This document shows positions 33,402 through 42,289 of a stretch of 64,000 bases of DNA, piece by piece (positions within the stretch are counted from its first letter, which is position 1; every line of letters begins with the position of its first letter). A program made the position numbers and the translations under genes. This DNA is from a virus. The DNA lies in the IMG/VR virus record IMGVR_UViG_3300021964_008599, positions 2,680 through 66,679 of that record; one strand, written 5' to 3'. The notes below the pieces were generated by a model that was not told where the DNA came from, ran no database searches, and saw nothing but the letters and a program-made list of their open reading frames with translations.

Positions 33402-33812
33402 ATGGCTAGACCTAAAAAAACAGAGACTACGGCTTCAGAAACAAAAAAGCCAACAACTCGTAAATCAAGAACTAAAAAAACTGAAACTGCACCTGTAGAG
33501 GAGCAAGTAAATGAAGTGTTAGAAGAAACACCTCAAACGGAAGAAACACCTCAAACGGAAGAACCAAAACCAATCGGTACATTGTTCAACGTAATTAACT
33601 ATAATAATGTTGAAGACTTAGACCGTTTCATTCAAAACCTAACTCAAGACCAAGCATTGTACTGTGTTATACAAGCCGCAAGAGCGGGACATCAAAGAAG
33701 TGTATATGGAATGGAAGAGTCAGAAGTTGTTTCAAAAGCAATTAGGGTATTAACTACTCCACCTGCTGAACAACAACAAGAAGTACCTGAACCTGAGGTT
33801 CACAAAGCTTAA
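33402..33812 (+). CDS. Hypothetical protein
   Basis: 136 aa ORF with an 18-bp tandem duplication (EETPQT x2); followed by a terminator. Confidence 0.75.
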   Translation: MARPKKTETTASETKKPTTRKSRTKKTETAPVEEQVNEVLEETPQTEETPQTEEPKPIGTLFNVINYNNVEDLDRFIQNLTQDQALYCVIQAARAGHQRSVYGMEESEVVSKAIRVLTTPPAEQQQEVPEPEVHKA

Positions 33813-33829
33813 CCAATTAAACTTAATTG

Positions 33830-33856
33830 AAGGGGACGTAATTGTCCCCTTTTTTA
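33830..33856 (+). terminator. Rho-independent terminator
   Basis: aaggggac-gtaatt-gtcccctt followed by a T run. Confidence 0.8.
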
Positions 33857-33868
33857 TGCAAAAAAACT

Positions 33869-34060
33869 ATGGATAGAAAAGATGTAAGTTCAAGAATTTG
33901 TAAATTATCAACAGAAGTTACAATCGCAGTAATAAATGGTCATAGACCACACGACCATGATAAGTTTAGAGAACACCGAAGAGAGTTGGCTGAATTAAGA
34001 TGTAAATATTTTGGTGAAGAATCCAAAATATGTAAAACTGAAAGAAAAAACTTTAGGTAG
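33869..34060 (+). CDS. Hypothetical protein
   Basis: MDRKDVSSRIC...; ATG at 33869 after an A-rich leader. Confidence 0.55.
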   Translation: MDRKDVSSRICKLSTEVTIAVINGHRPHDHDKFREHRRELAELRCKYFGEESKICKTERKNFR

Positions 34061-34065
34061 TTAAA

Positions 34066-34096
34066 TAAAAAAAGGGGACCAAATGGTCCCCTTTAA
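34066..34096. terminator. Bidirectional terminator downstream of the major capsid gene
   Basis: aaaggggacc-aaat-ggtccccttt with an A run on the left. Confidence 0.85.
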
Positions 34097-34114
34097 TATA
34101 GATTTTAAGATATA

Positions 34115-35902
34115 TTATCTTAAAGAGTTCAAATCGAATGTACGTACACCGTCAACAACGATTCTACCGTAGAAACGGTTGTTCACCATCTTCTTAGCGT
34201 ATCTAGTCATGATACCCTTGATTGGTGTGAAGTTGAATGGATTGTACATTGTAGGTGTCAACTGTAATGGTACGTATGGTGCGTAAACGTAACCTGTATC
34301 CAATAAAGAAGAACCTTTATGACCCATCAATACAGTGTTAGGTGGGAAGTAAGGGTCACGGTAAACTTGGTATCTACCTGATAACGTACCTACTCTCTCA
34401 ATACCCATGTTGTATTGGTCTTGGTCTGGTGCTGCGTTTGAAACGTGGAAGTACTCCAAGTCATCAAAGATTGCAGAAATTTCAGAAGAAACTACAATCC
34501 AGTTAGCACCACCTCTAAGAGTTGATTTGTGAATTTGAGCTGAGATTTGGTTAATCGCAGTGATTAACGTTTGGTTCCAGTCTTTTTGGTTGTAGTTAAC
34601 TGAACCGTTAGATACTCTCTTCCACCCGTTGTAGTCCCAACGTAATGTCCAAGCTGCACCTTTTCTCAAGTCTCTTAAGATTTCACGGTCAATTTCAGCA
34701 GCCACTTGCTCAGACAATAAAGCTGTCAATTCAGCTTCAGCGTCGATGTTGTGGAATGCAGAAACGTCTTGTGCAAGTTCTGGAGACCATTGTGCTCTTA
34801 ATTTTCTTTCTGTTACAGAAACAGTAACTGCATCAAGGTCGAAAGATACCTCACCGATTTTATCTTCGAATTCCATATCTTGATAAATTCTGTACTTAGC
34901 TTTCAATGTGTTATATAGACCACTATCATCTGCGAAAGTTTGTCCTGTGTAACCATCCAAAGATGTAGTAGAACCGATAGCTGCAGGTTCAGATACGTCT
35001 ACAGATAAGTAAATCTTACCATCAGCAGTACAGATGTCATCATATTTACCACCTGGGAAACCTTGACCTCCACCAGCAATTGATGTGTCACCCACACTTC
35101 CATACTCAACAATACCTTTACCGTATTTCTGAGTTACAACGTTAAAGTTGTAGAATACAGAACCACTGTAAACTTGTAATGAAGATAAGAATTCTTCAGT
35201 ATCCATTTCGTTACCGTTAGGTCCGATTAATTTACCAGCTCCATCAGATTGGAAATCTGACATTTCAACTAATACTTGTCTGAAACCACCTGTTGGTGTT
35301 GTAGACGAACCTGTGTAGTAAGCATTAGCACCAGTGTTAGTCAATGAAGAACCATCCCAAATTACTGGAGTTAATGTAACATTAGTAATTCCTGAGTAAG
35401 CTCCTTTTGAATAATCGAATAAACCTGCTGGGTCTTCGTTTGGTTCAGAACCTTCATAGAAACGGTCATACAAGTTCTTACCTGTATCGTAGTTTGAATC
35501 TGGTGTTGATGGACCATTAGGTGCTCCGAAAGGTGCAACGTGTGTGTTTAATGAGTCCTGATTTCTGTTTTGAATTTTAGGTACGAAGTAGAACAATTTA
35601 CCGATTGGTAAGTTCATAGCTTGTACAGATACGATATCATTAGCTAATAATTTAGAGAAAACTCTTCTAATGATAGGGAAAACAACTGTTTCAAATGAAC
35701 CTGAGTTATCTGAAGCAGATGCTTCGTTGATTAAGTGAGAAGCTTGGTTTTCATACAATTGTGCCATGTTCTCTTTGATGTGACCATTAAGACCTTCTAA
35801 GAATCCTAATTTGTCCCATTTGTTGATTGTGTCTTCTTTGATAACTTTCAAGTGTTTTAAACCGATGTTACCAACAAGACCTGATTCTAATAATGCTCCC
35901 AT
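34115..35902 (-). CDS. Major capsid protein (T4 gp23-like)
   Basis: DIVSVQAMNLPIG, RKLRAQWSPELAQD, EAELTALLSEQVAAEIDREI, YAPYVPL, GIMTRY. Confidence 0.97.
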   Translation of the reverse strand: MGALLESGLVGNIGLKHLKVIKEDTINKWDKLGFLEGLNGHIKENMAQLYENQASHLINEASASDNSGSFETVVFPIIRRVFSKLLANDIVSVQAMNLPIGKLFYFVPKIQNRNQDSLNTHVAPFGAPNGPSTPDSNYDTGKNLYDRFYEGSEPNEDPAGLFDYSKGAYSGITNVTLTPVIWDGSSLTNTGANAYYTGSSTTPTGGFRQVLVEMSDFQSDGAGKLIGPNGNEMDTEEFLSSLQVYSGSVFYNFNVVTQKYGKGIVEYGSVGDTSIAGGGQGFPGGKYDDICTADGKIYLSVDVSEPAAIGSTTSLDGYTGQTFADDSGLYNTLKAKYRIYQDMEFEDKIGEVSFDLDAVTVSVTERKLRAQWSPELAQDVSAFHNIDAEAELTALLSEQVAAEIDREILRDLRKGAAWTLRWDYNGWKRVSNGSVNYNQKDWNQTLITAINQISAQIHKSTLRGGANWIVVSSEISAIFDDLEYFHVSNAAPDQDQYNMGIERVGTLSGRYQVYRDPYFPPNTVLMGHKGSSLLDTGYVYAPYVPLQLTPTMYNPFNFTPIKGIMTRYAKKMVNNRFYGRIVVDGVRTFDLNSLR

Positions 35903-35926
35903 TTTGAGTATTTTTTAATTTAATTT

Positions 35927-37315
35927 TTATTTTTGTAATTTACCCATTAAATCCTTCATTCTTAAGAACTGTGGATTTTCATAAGTTTTACTTTCAATAA
36001 GATTTGTCGCAGAACCTTTAGATGGTGATTTCTGTACTTTAGCAGATACTGATTCAGTAACTACTGTAGTATTTTCCTTACTATCTAAATCTTCTTTGAT
36101 AATCTTGTAAAGACCTTTAGACTCTTTAATTGTTTCTGCCGAGTCAAAACGTCTTAGAATGTTTATTTTTTCTTGCTTTGTTGTCGAATGCTCAGTGAAC
36201 AGTCGAGTAGCATATGCTAAGTTTGAATTGAAAACAGCAACTTCGTTAAGTTTTTCTTTAAAGATGTTAAGTGCCTTACGGTACTCTTCATTCTTTTCTC
36301 TTAACTGAGCAACTTCTTTTTCAAGTGCCTCATTTCTTTGTGCTGGTCTCTTTAAAGACTTAGGGAAACCTTGAGGTTTTTTGTTAGTTGCACGACCATT
36401 AACGTTAGAACGAACAGAAGATTCTTTATATTCACCTTCCATTTCTTCACCTTCTTCCATTTCATAGTCTTTGTAGTGTCCATCAACATCACCTAATTTG
36501 TGACCATCACGTCTCTTATAGTCATGTTTGTTTCCACCCCAATTACCTTCTTTCATTTCCTCTTCGTCAGATTCATCTTCGTCAGATTCATCTTCGTCAG
36601 ATTCATCTTCCATTTCGTCTTCTTCACCAAGTTCAATTTCGTAAACAACTTCGTCTTTTTCTTCCATTTCATAACCTTCTTTGTATTCGCCTTCCATTTT
36701 TTCTTCGTCAGCGATTACCTCTTCTTCTTCGTCACCCTCTGTTTGAATTTGATATTCAACATCAGCTTCCTCGTCTTTTAAGTGAATCTCATCACCGTCT
36801 TGTGTTACCACAATACCGTCTTCTTCACCCATAGCTTTGAAAACCTTAAGGACTTCCTCATCAGAAGCGTCAGTTAGGTCAAGAGGTAAAAGAATTTCTT
36901 CTTCATCGTCTACTTCCATGTCGTCACCTGGTAAATCCATCATACTTAACATTTCATCAGAGTCCATTTCGTCTTCCATATCGTCCATGTCTTCCATGTC
37001 TCCCATTTCATCTTCCATTTCATCTTCTACTTCATCTTCAACATCCATCATGTCAAGCTCTTCTTGTTCTTTCATTTCGTGGTCCATTTTGTCCTCACCT
37101 TCTTCCATTTCTTCGCCTTCCATTTTTTCTGCTGCAGATTCTTCCATTTCAACCTCTTCAACATCTTCTTCAGATAGAGATTCTTTTACTAATTCACTGA
37201 TTTCTTCCTTCATAGTAGAAGCAAGTATTCCTTTTGCATTCTCCGTTACGGCTTCCTCCAAATTCTTCATTTGTAGTAGTGCCTCTTCAACTAAGTTTTG
37301 TTTTTTTTCTGCCAT
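35927..37315 (-). CDS. Prohead core scaffold protein (gp22-like)
   Basis: Very acidic coiled-coil protein between the protease and the capsid gene. Confidence 0.8.
   Translation of the reverse strand: MAEKKQNLVEEALLQMKNLEEAVTENAKGILASTMKEEISELVKESLSEEDVEEVEMEESAAEKMEGEEMEEGEDKMDHEMKEQEELDMMDVEDEVEDEMEDEMGDMEDMDDMEDEMDSDEMLSMMDLPGDDMEVDDEEEILLPLDLTDASDEEVLKVFKAMGEEDGIVVTQDGDEIHLKDEEADVEYQIQTEGDEEEEVIADEEKMEGEYKEGYEMEEKDEVVYEIELGEEDEMEDESDEDESDEDESDEEEMKEGNWGGNKHDYKRRDGHKLGDVDGHYKDYEMEEGEEMEGEYKESSVRSNVNGRATNKKPQGFPKSLKRPAQRNEALEKEVAQLREKNEEYRKALNIFKEKLNEVAVFNSNLAYATRLFTEHSTTKQEKINILRRFDSAETIKESKGLYKIIKEDLDSKENTTVVTESVSAKVQKSPSKGSATNLIESKTYENPQFLRMKDLMGKLQK
36561..36610. repeat. 15-bp tandem repeat (x3.3) within the scaffold gene
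   Basis: tcttcgtcagattca repeated; encodes EDESDEDESDEDESDE. Confidence 0.9.
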
Positions 37316-37404
37316 TGTTTTAATTTTATTGCAAAAGTTTATTATGTAGTTTTCTTAATAAATATGCTGATATTAAAAAAAACACTTTTTTATTAACATT
37401 AGGC

Positions 37405-37433
37405 AAAAAAAAATCGGGTTTTAACCCGATTCT
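37405..37433 (-). terminator. Rho-independent terminator
   Basis: aatcggg-ttttaa-cccgatt with an A run on the left. Confidence 0.75.
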
Positions 37434-37459
37434 TAAAATTATCTGATAAAGAGAAGATA

Positions 37460-37669
37460 TTATTCAAATACCTCATCAATTTTACTTTCAACACACGCGG
37501 TGATTCTCCAATCGTGTGGGAAACCTTCAAAGTTTTTAGTAACCTTAGACTCAACGTCAGTAACGTTTATACCTTTAACTAATTTCTCTTCTCTAATTTT
37601 CTTAATTTTTCCTGAGTTCTCGTCAGGTAAGTCATAACTGATTTTTGCTACAAAATATTTTTCGTCCAT
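37460..37669 (-). CDS. DUF4494-like small protein
   Basis: YFVAKISY...GKIKKIREEKLV...VTDVE...ESKIDEVF resembles Bacteroidota DUF4494. Confidence 0.6.
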   Translation of the reverse strand: MDEKYFVAKISYDLPDENSGKIKKIREEKLVKGINVTDVESKVTKNFEGFPHDWRITACVESKIDEVFE

Positions 37670-37680
37670 AATGATAAAAT

Positions 37681-38403
37681 TTAATACCCTAAATAATCGG
37701 TTAATTTTTTCATTAAGTCAAGTGATTTGTCTAAACCACCTGAAGATTCTGCAGAACCGCTTCTTTGTTTAGTTTCTTCTTCGATGTTCTCATCATATTT
37801 CATACGGTCATCTTTATTCAAGAATAAGTACGCACCAGGTGTTGATGGTGAAGAAACAAGGTCAAAACAAATTAATTCAAAATCTTCTTGAACTTCATTA
37901 CGTTCACCTTTCTTTACTAACGAACCTACACCACGAGATGAAACACCCATAGTTACACCTTGTCTCATAAGGTTGGCTGCTTGGTCACCAGGACACGAAA
38001 CAACACCACCTTGATGGAAACCTGGTGAAGTTAATAATTTAATCTTACCCATTAATACATTACCTTCCCACCACATATCAGTGATAAGGTGTGATACACG
38101 GTCCAAATCAATCAATGATGATTCAGGGTGGTTAAGTTCTGAGATAGATAAACCTTTATCGATAGCTTGAGAATATTTCTCAGCTTCTCTTCTTAATATT
38201 TTTTCAGGGTAGATACGACCGTTTCTGTTTGGTGTGTCGTATTTTTGTAGGACAGCATAAAATTCAAATGGTTTTGAATGGTCTAATTGTCCGTAAGATT
38301 CTTTAATAACTTCGGCGTTTCTTCTATCGTTTGGATTGATAAAACCTGCGTCCCATTCAATCAATATACCTTTACCCGTATCGTTTGGACCTAATATTTT
38401 CAT
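37681..38403 (-). CDS. Prohead core protease (T4 gp21-like)
   Basis: NRNGRIYP, ELNHP, RVSH, GVSSRGVGS, FDLVSSPSTPGA. Confidence 0.95.
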   Translation of the reverse strand: MKILGPNDTGKGILIEWDAGFINPNDRRNAEVIKESYGQLDHSKPFEFYAVLQKYDTPNRNGRIYPEKILRREAEKYSQAIDKGLSISELNHPESSLIDLDRVSHLITDMWWEGNVLMGKIKLLTSPGFHQGGVVSCPGDQAANLMRQGVTMGVSSRGVGSLVKKGERNEVQEDFELICFDLVSSPSTPGAYLFLNKDDRMKYDENIEEETKQRSGSAESSGGLDKSLDLMKKLTDYLGY

Positions 38404-38425
38404 ATCTTTTTATTTTATAAATATC

Positions 38426-38806
38426 TTAGATTCCTAAATGAACGTCCCACTCAGTTATTTTAATTGGTGTAACTCTTAGTAAATTGTTTATTTTATCTAC
38501 GATAGACATTTTATATTTATAAGCCAGTTCACTATCCTCACCTTCACCAGACCAAAAAACATAATTGTTTGCAAATTGAGTTACGTCTTGACCCTCATAT
38601 GTTACTTTACCAATATTTACGGTAACGGTAATGTCTTCATCTTCTATACTACCCTCCATAAAGACTTGGCGTGGTATAATAATTGAATCCTTCCACCCAT
38701 ATTCATATGAAAACTTATTGGGGTCTATCATATTATTAAGGTTATCCAAAAGCGTATTTGCTTCGGATAACCTTTTTAATTGTTTCTCTGTTATTAAGAT
38801 TTTCAC
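38426..38806 (-). CDS. Hypothetical protein with leader (MKILITEKQLKRLSE)
   Basis: 126 aa ORF, GTG start, TATTTAT motif upstream. Confidence 0.7.
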   Translation of the reverse strand: MKILITEKQLKRLSEANTLLDNLNNMIDPNKFSYEYGWKDSIIIPRQVFMEGSIEDEDITVTVNIGKVTYEGQDVTQFANNYVFWSGEGEDSELAYKYKMSIVDKINNLLRVTPIKITEWDVHLGI

Positions 38807-38830
38807 TTTTTACCTTTTAAGATAAATATG

Positions 38831-39268
38831 TTACACTTTTTCTTTTTTTGTTTTGTGTAAAGTAAAGTATTTTGAATTCATAAGAGGATAGGTATAGATT
38901 GTCTTAACGACACTTTTTATTTTTTCTCTTAATAGTATAGATTTGAATTCCATATGTTCTTTTATAAATAAAGTAATCTCTAAATTCATAAAACTACGTT
39001 TACCTATTTGAATACCACTACTTCTTAAGTCTAAATCCACAATATTATGTTTTTCAAATATTAATGGGTCTACTGTTTCTAATAAGTGGTGTTTTATATC
39101 TCTTTCCATCATCCCCGTCACTCTTTTCCAATTTTCCATTTCTTGTGTTGGTTCTACCCAACTTTGTATTACAATGTAGATTGATTTTAATTCTTTGGCA
39201 TCCACAGTACCGTAACTACATTTAGCATTCTCAAAACCTTTCAGTTGTGAGGTTTTACCTTTTTTCAT
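38831..39268 (-). CDS. Hypothetical phage protein
   Basis: Likely start MKKGKTSQLK at 39268. Confidence 0.7.
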   Translation of the reverse strand: MKKGKTSQLKGFENAKCSYGTVDAKELKSIYIVIQSWVEPTQEMENWKRVTGMMERDIKHHLLETVDPLIFEKHNIVDLDLRSSGIQIGKRSFMNLEITLFIKEHMEFKSILLREKIKSVVKTIYTYPLMNSKYFTLHKTKKEKV

Positions 39269-39377
39269 ATATTTTCTATTCTCATATAAGTTTATTTGTA
39301 CAGAAATTATAAACAATAAATGGGTCGTAGTCAAAATATTGACTAATTAAAGATATTTATATATATTAAGGACACAT

Positions 39378-39569
39378 ATGATTATAATAAAAGTAGGAAA
39401 AAACGAGAATATTGAACGAGCATTAAAACGCTATAAGTATAAGGTTTATAAAACCAAACAACTAGAAAATATTCGTGAGAATAGGTATCATGTAAAAGAT
39501 ACGGAAAAAAGAAGAAAACAAAAACAAAAAGCCGAGTATATACAAAAAATAAAGGGTTCAGAAGACTGA
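39378..39569 (+). CDS. rpsU: 30S ribosomal protein bS21 (phage-encoded)
   Basis: IIKV...ENIERALKRYKYKV.KTKQL..IR...K..E.RR...KAEY; Bacteroidota-type, with Tyr54. Confidence 0.92.
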   Translation: MIIIKVGKNENIERALKRYKYKVYKTKQLENIRENRYHVKDTEKRRKQKQKAEYIQKIKGSED

Positions 39570-39579
39570 ACCCTTTTTT
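39551..39579. terminator. Terminator at the end of rpsU (likely bidirectional)
   Basis: aaagggttcag-aaga-ctgaacccttt followed by a T run. Confidence 0.85.
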
Positions 39580-39599
39580 ATTACTTATATATTATATTA

Positions 39600-40334
39600 T
39601 TACAAACCTTGTTCTAACTGTCTTAACTTATATAGTGATACTAAAGATACTTCAGATTCATTAATTTTCTCAATAGTTTTTTCAACCTTTTCAGTAAGTT
39701 CATCATCAGTAGATTCATTTAACTTAGTATTAAGTTTTTCAATAACCACTAATTTAGACTTTTCAATCTCCTCAGTTAATGATTTCTTATCCAATGATAA
39801 AAGAGTTTTTAATTCTTGTTTTTCTTCTTCAGAGATATTTCCAAACTCTCTATTAAATGTGTTTGTTGCAATTTTTAACATAGAACTTAAAGGAATATTA
39901 ACAGATTCAGATACTGTTTTTGCAACTTCTTTTTTTGAAATAGTATTTTTAATTCTGTTTTTACTTTCCAATACTTGCTCTAAATTCTTAACACTTGAAT
40001 TATAAACAACTGAATCGATGTCTTTGTAATTGTTTTCAGATTGGGTTTTTACATTTTCAGAAACCCACATATTAATCTCTTTGATTTTTTCAGTATTTGA
40101 AGAAACAATATTTTTAATAGTTTCAATACTTTCATTTACATAATCATCAACAATGTCTTTAGATAAACCTTTGTTTTTTGATAGTTCATCATAAAGAAAA
40201 TATGCTTCGGCAATTCTCTTGTTTTCAAGAATGTTTTTCTTAAAAGATTTCATATGGTTTTTAAATGATGATTTACCATATGATTCTGTCATTAAAGACT
40301 CTATATTAGATTTTATTTGACCAAACTTATTCAT
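39600..40334 (-). CDS. Hypothetical head-module protein
   Basis: 244 aa helical ORF downstream of portal; TATTTAT motif upstream. Confidence 0.75.
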   Translation of the reverse strand: MNKFGQIKSNIESLMTESYGKSSFKNHMKSFKKNILENKRIAEAYFLYDELSKNKGLSKDIVDDYVNESIETIKNIVSSNTEKIKEINMWVSENVKTQSENNYKDIDSVVYNSSVKNLEQVLESKNRIKNTISKKEVAKTVSESVNIPLSSMLKIATNTFNREFGNISEEEKQELKTLLSLDKKSLTEEIEKSKLVVIEKLNTKLNESTDDELTEKVEKTIEKINESEVSLVSLYKLRQLEQGL

Positions 40335-40354
40335 AATGTTTTTTATTATAAATA

Positions 40355-42241
40355 TTACTCATCTAGTAATGTTTTCAATTTGTCTTCAATTTCACCCAAA
40401 GATTTACGTCCTTTAGATAGGTCCAGTTCAGTTATACCATTAATCATATCATCTTCCAATATTAAATTAAGGTCTTTATCTTTAATACTTTCAGGTGTAA
40501 TATCACCACCCGTATCACCGCCTTCAGGTGCTCCACCAATATCACCACCAGTATCTGCAGCCTCACCACCTAAGTCTCCACCTAAATCACCACCTAAGTC
40601 TCCACCTAAATCACCACCTCCGAAGTCAGAACCTCCACCACCAAATCCAGTGTCAGCAGGTTCAGTAGTTTCTCCTTCAGGTGCACCACCTTCACCAGGT
40701 TTGTTTCCGTATAACTTATCGATGTTTGCAAAGATACCTGTCTTAGAAATAACTTCAGGTGTTTTTTCAAGTTCAGAAGCAACTGCTTTCTCAATACGTT
40801 GTTGTTGTATGTCTAATTTAATTTCTTCATCTGAGAATCCAAGAATGTGTTTCTTAGCCCATGATGATGAAACAGGTTGAATACCGTTTCCTGGGTCAGA
40901 AACCGCATCTCTATATAATTGAATCTTAGTTTGCCATTGCTCAACTTTAAGTAAGTCTGCTTGAGTTGATGGGTTAGTTAATCCTAATGTAAAGTTATTT
41001 AACTCATCTTCAAAACCTAATAAGTATAAGTGAATGATGGCAATCTTATTCAACTCTTGAATCATAGATTTTTGAATTCTATTGATTGTTCGAGCAAAAC
41101 GAATGTCTTGTAACGCCAAGTTTTTACCGTCACCAACAACCTCCTCAAAACCTAAGAATGCCTTTGGTACACGAAGTGCTGTTAATAATTTCTTTTGGAT
41201 ATATTCAATATCTGCAATCTCTGATAAGTTCTGCGCTCCTGGTAAAGTGTCGATAGGGTTTGGAGCGTTAGGGTCACGAACAGGGATAAAGTAATCTTGG
41301 TCTACCGCCATTTGGTTATATCTTAAGTCAATATTACCATTATTTGGGTCAGCAATTTGGTCACGTTTAAACTTATTAGCAACTCTTTGTACATACGGTT
41401 CAACATCTTTATCGTCCATGTTACCCACGAATACTTTAAACACCCTTCTTTCAGGTGCTCTCGATGTTCTATAGATTAACATAGCATCTTCAGAAAGGAT
41501 AAGTTGTTTCCAAATTCTTCTACCTTTCTCCAACATAGATGTACCATAAGGAAGTTTACGGTCATCACCTAATAATCTAAAGTGAGCAACCTCCCACGTA
41601 TTAAATGCCAAATCTTTATTTTGCCATAAAAACTTAAGTGAGTCATTGTCAGTATCAGATGAATTCCTTTCGGGCTTAATCTTCATACCTCTTTCTTGAC
41701 GAGTAATCTCAATGTTTGGTAATTGTTGAGCACCCATCACACCTTTTTCAGGGTCTAATTTGAGGTAGACAAAATTATCCCCATATTTACAAGTATTTCT
41801 TGTCCACATAGGAAGATTAGTAGAGATATCAAGTCTATTGTTGAATAGGTCAGCAAGGACTGATTTAATTCGTTTGCTTTCTGAATAAATTTGTAATACA
41901 TATCCGTCTTCATTTGTTGTTGTTGATTCTTCTGAGTAAATGTCAAGGGCTGCAGAAATCTCAGGAGTATACTCCATACTCTCATAATCATAAAAAGACG
42001 CCAGTCTTGTTGGTTCATAATAAACAGCTTGAGTGTATAAGTTGTTCTCAATCTTCTGCCATTGTTGACCAAGATATAAAGTTTGTTGTGCTTGTAACTT
42101 CTCCCTTTCGTATTCTTGTTTGTTCGGTGTTTTTAAAAGTTCTTTCTTATCAAACTTAAAAACAGGGGCTTGTTGGTCCAATGTTGAATCGGGACCGAAT
42201 ACCTTAGTAAGACGTTGCCATATTGTATAATTTTCTGCCAT
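40355..42241 (-). CDS. Portal protein (T4 gp20-like)
   Basis: PEISAALD, EDAMLIYRTSRAPERRVF, DYFIPVR, IDTLPGAQNL, LRVP; C-terminal GGDL repeats. Confidence 0.96.
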   Translation of the reverse strand: MAENYTIWQRLTKVFGPDSTLDQQAPVFKFDKKELLKTPNKQEYEREKLQAQQTLYLGQQWQKIENNLYTQAVYYEPTRLASFYDYESMEYTPEISAALDIYSEESTTTNEDGYVLQIYSESKRIKSVLADLFNNRLDISTNLPMWTRNTCKYGDNFVYLKLDPEKGVMGAQQLPNIEITRQERGMKIKPERNSSDTDNDSLKFLWQNKDLAFNTWEVAHFRLLGDDRKLPYGTSMLEKGRRIWKQLILSEDAMLIYRTSRAPERRVFKVFVGNMDDKDVEPYVQRVANKFKRDQIADPNNGNIDLRYNQMAVDQDYFIPVRDPNAPNPIDTLPGAQNLSEIADIEYIQKKLLTALRVPKAFLGFEEVVGDGKNLALQDIRFARTINRIQKSMIQELNKIAIIHLYLLGFEDELNNFTLGLTNPSTQADLLKVEQWQTKIQLYRDAVSDPGNGIQPVSSSWAKKHILGFSDEEIKLDIQQQRIEKAVASELEKTPEVISKTGIFANIDKLYGNKPGEGGAPEGETTEPADTGFGGGGSDFGGGDLGGDLGGDLGGDLGGEAADTGGDIGGAPEGGDTGGDITPESIKDKDLNLILEDDMINGITELDLSKGRKSLGEIEDKLKTLLDE

Positions 42242-42289
42242 GCTCCTTTTTTAGATAAATAGTAACATTATTTGAATTAAACTAAATAA

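Noticed and set aside
36500-37349. Plus-strand Phe- or Ser-rich ORFs over the scaffold gene (likewise 40317-40880 and 47043-47876)
   Set aside because: Antisense to acidic or low-complexity real genes.
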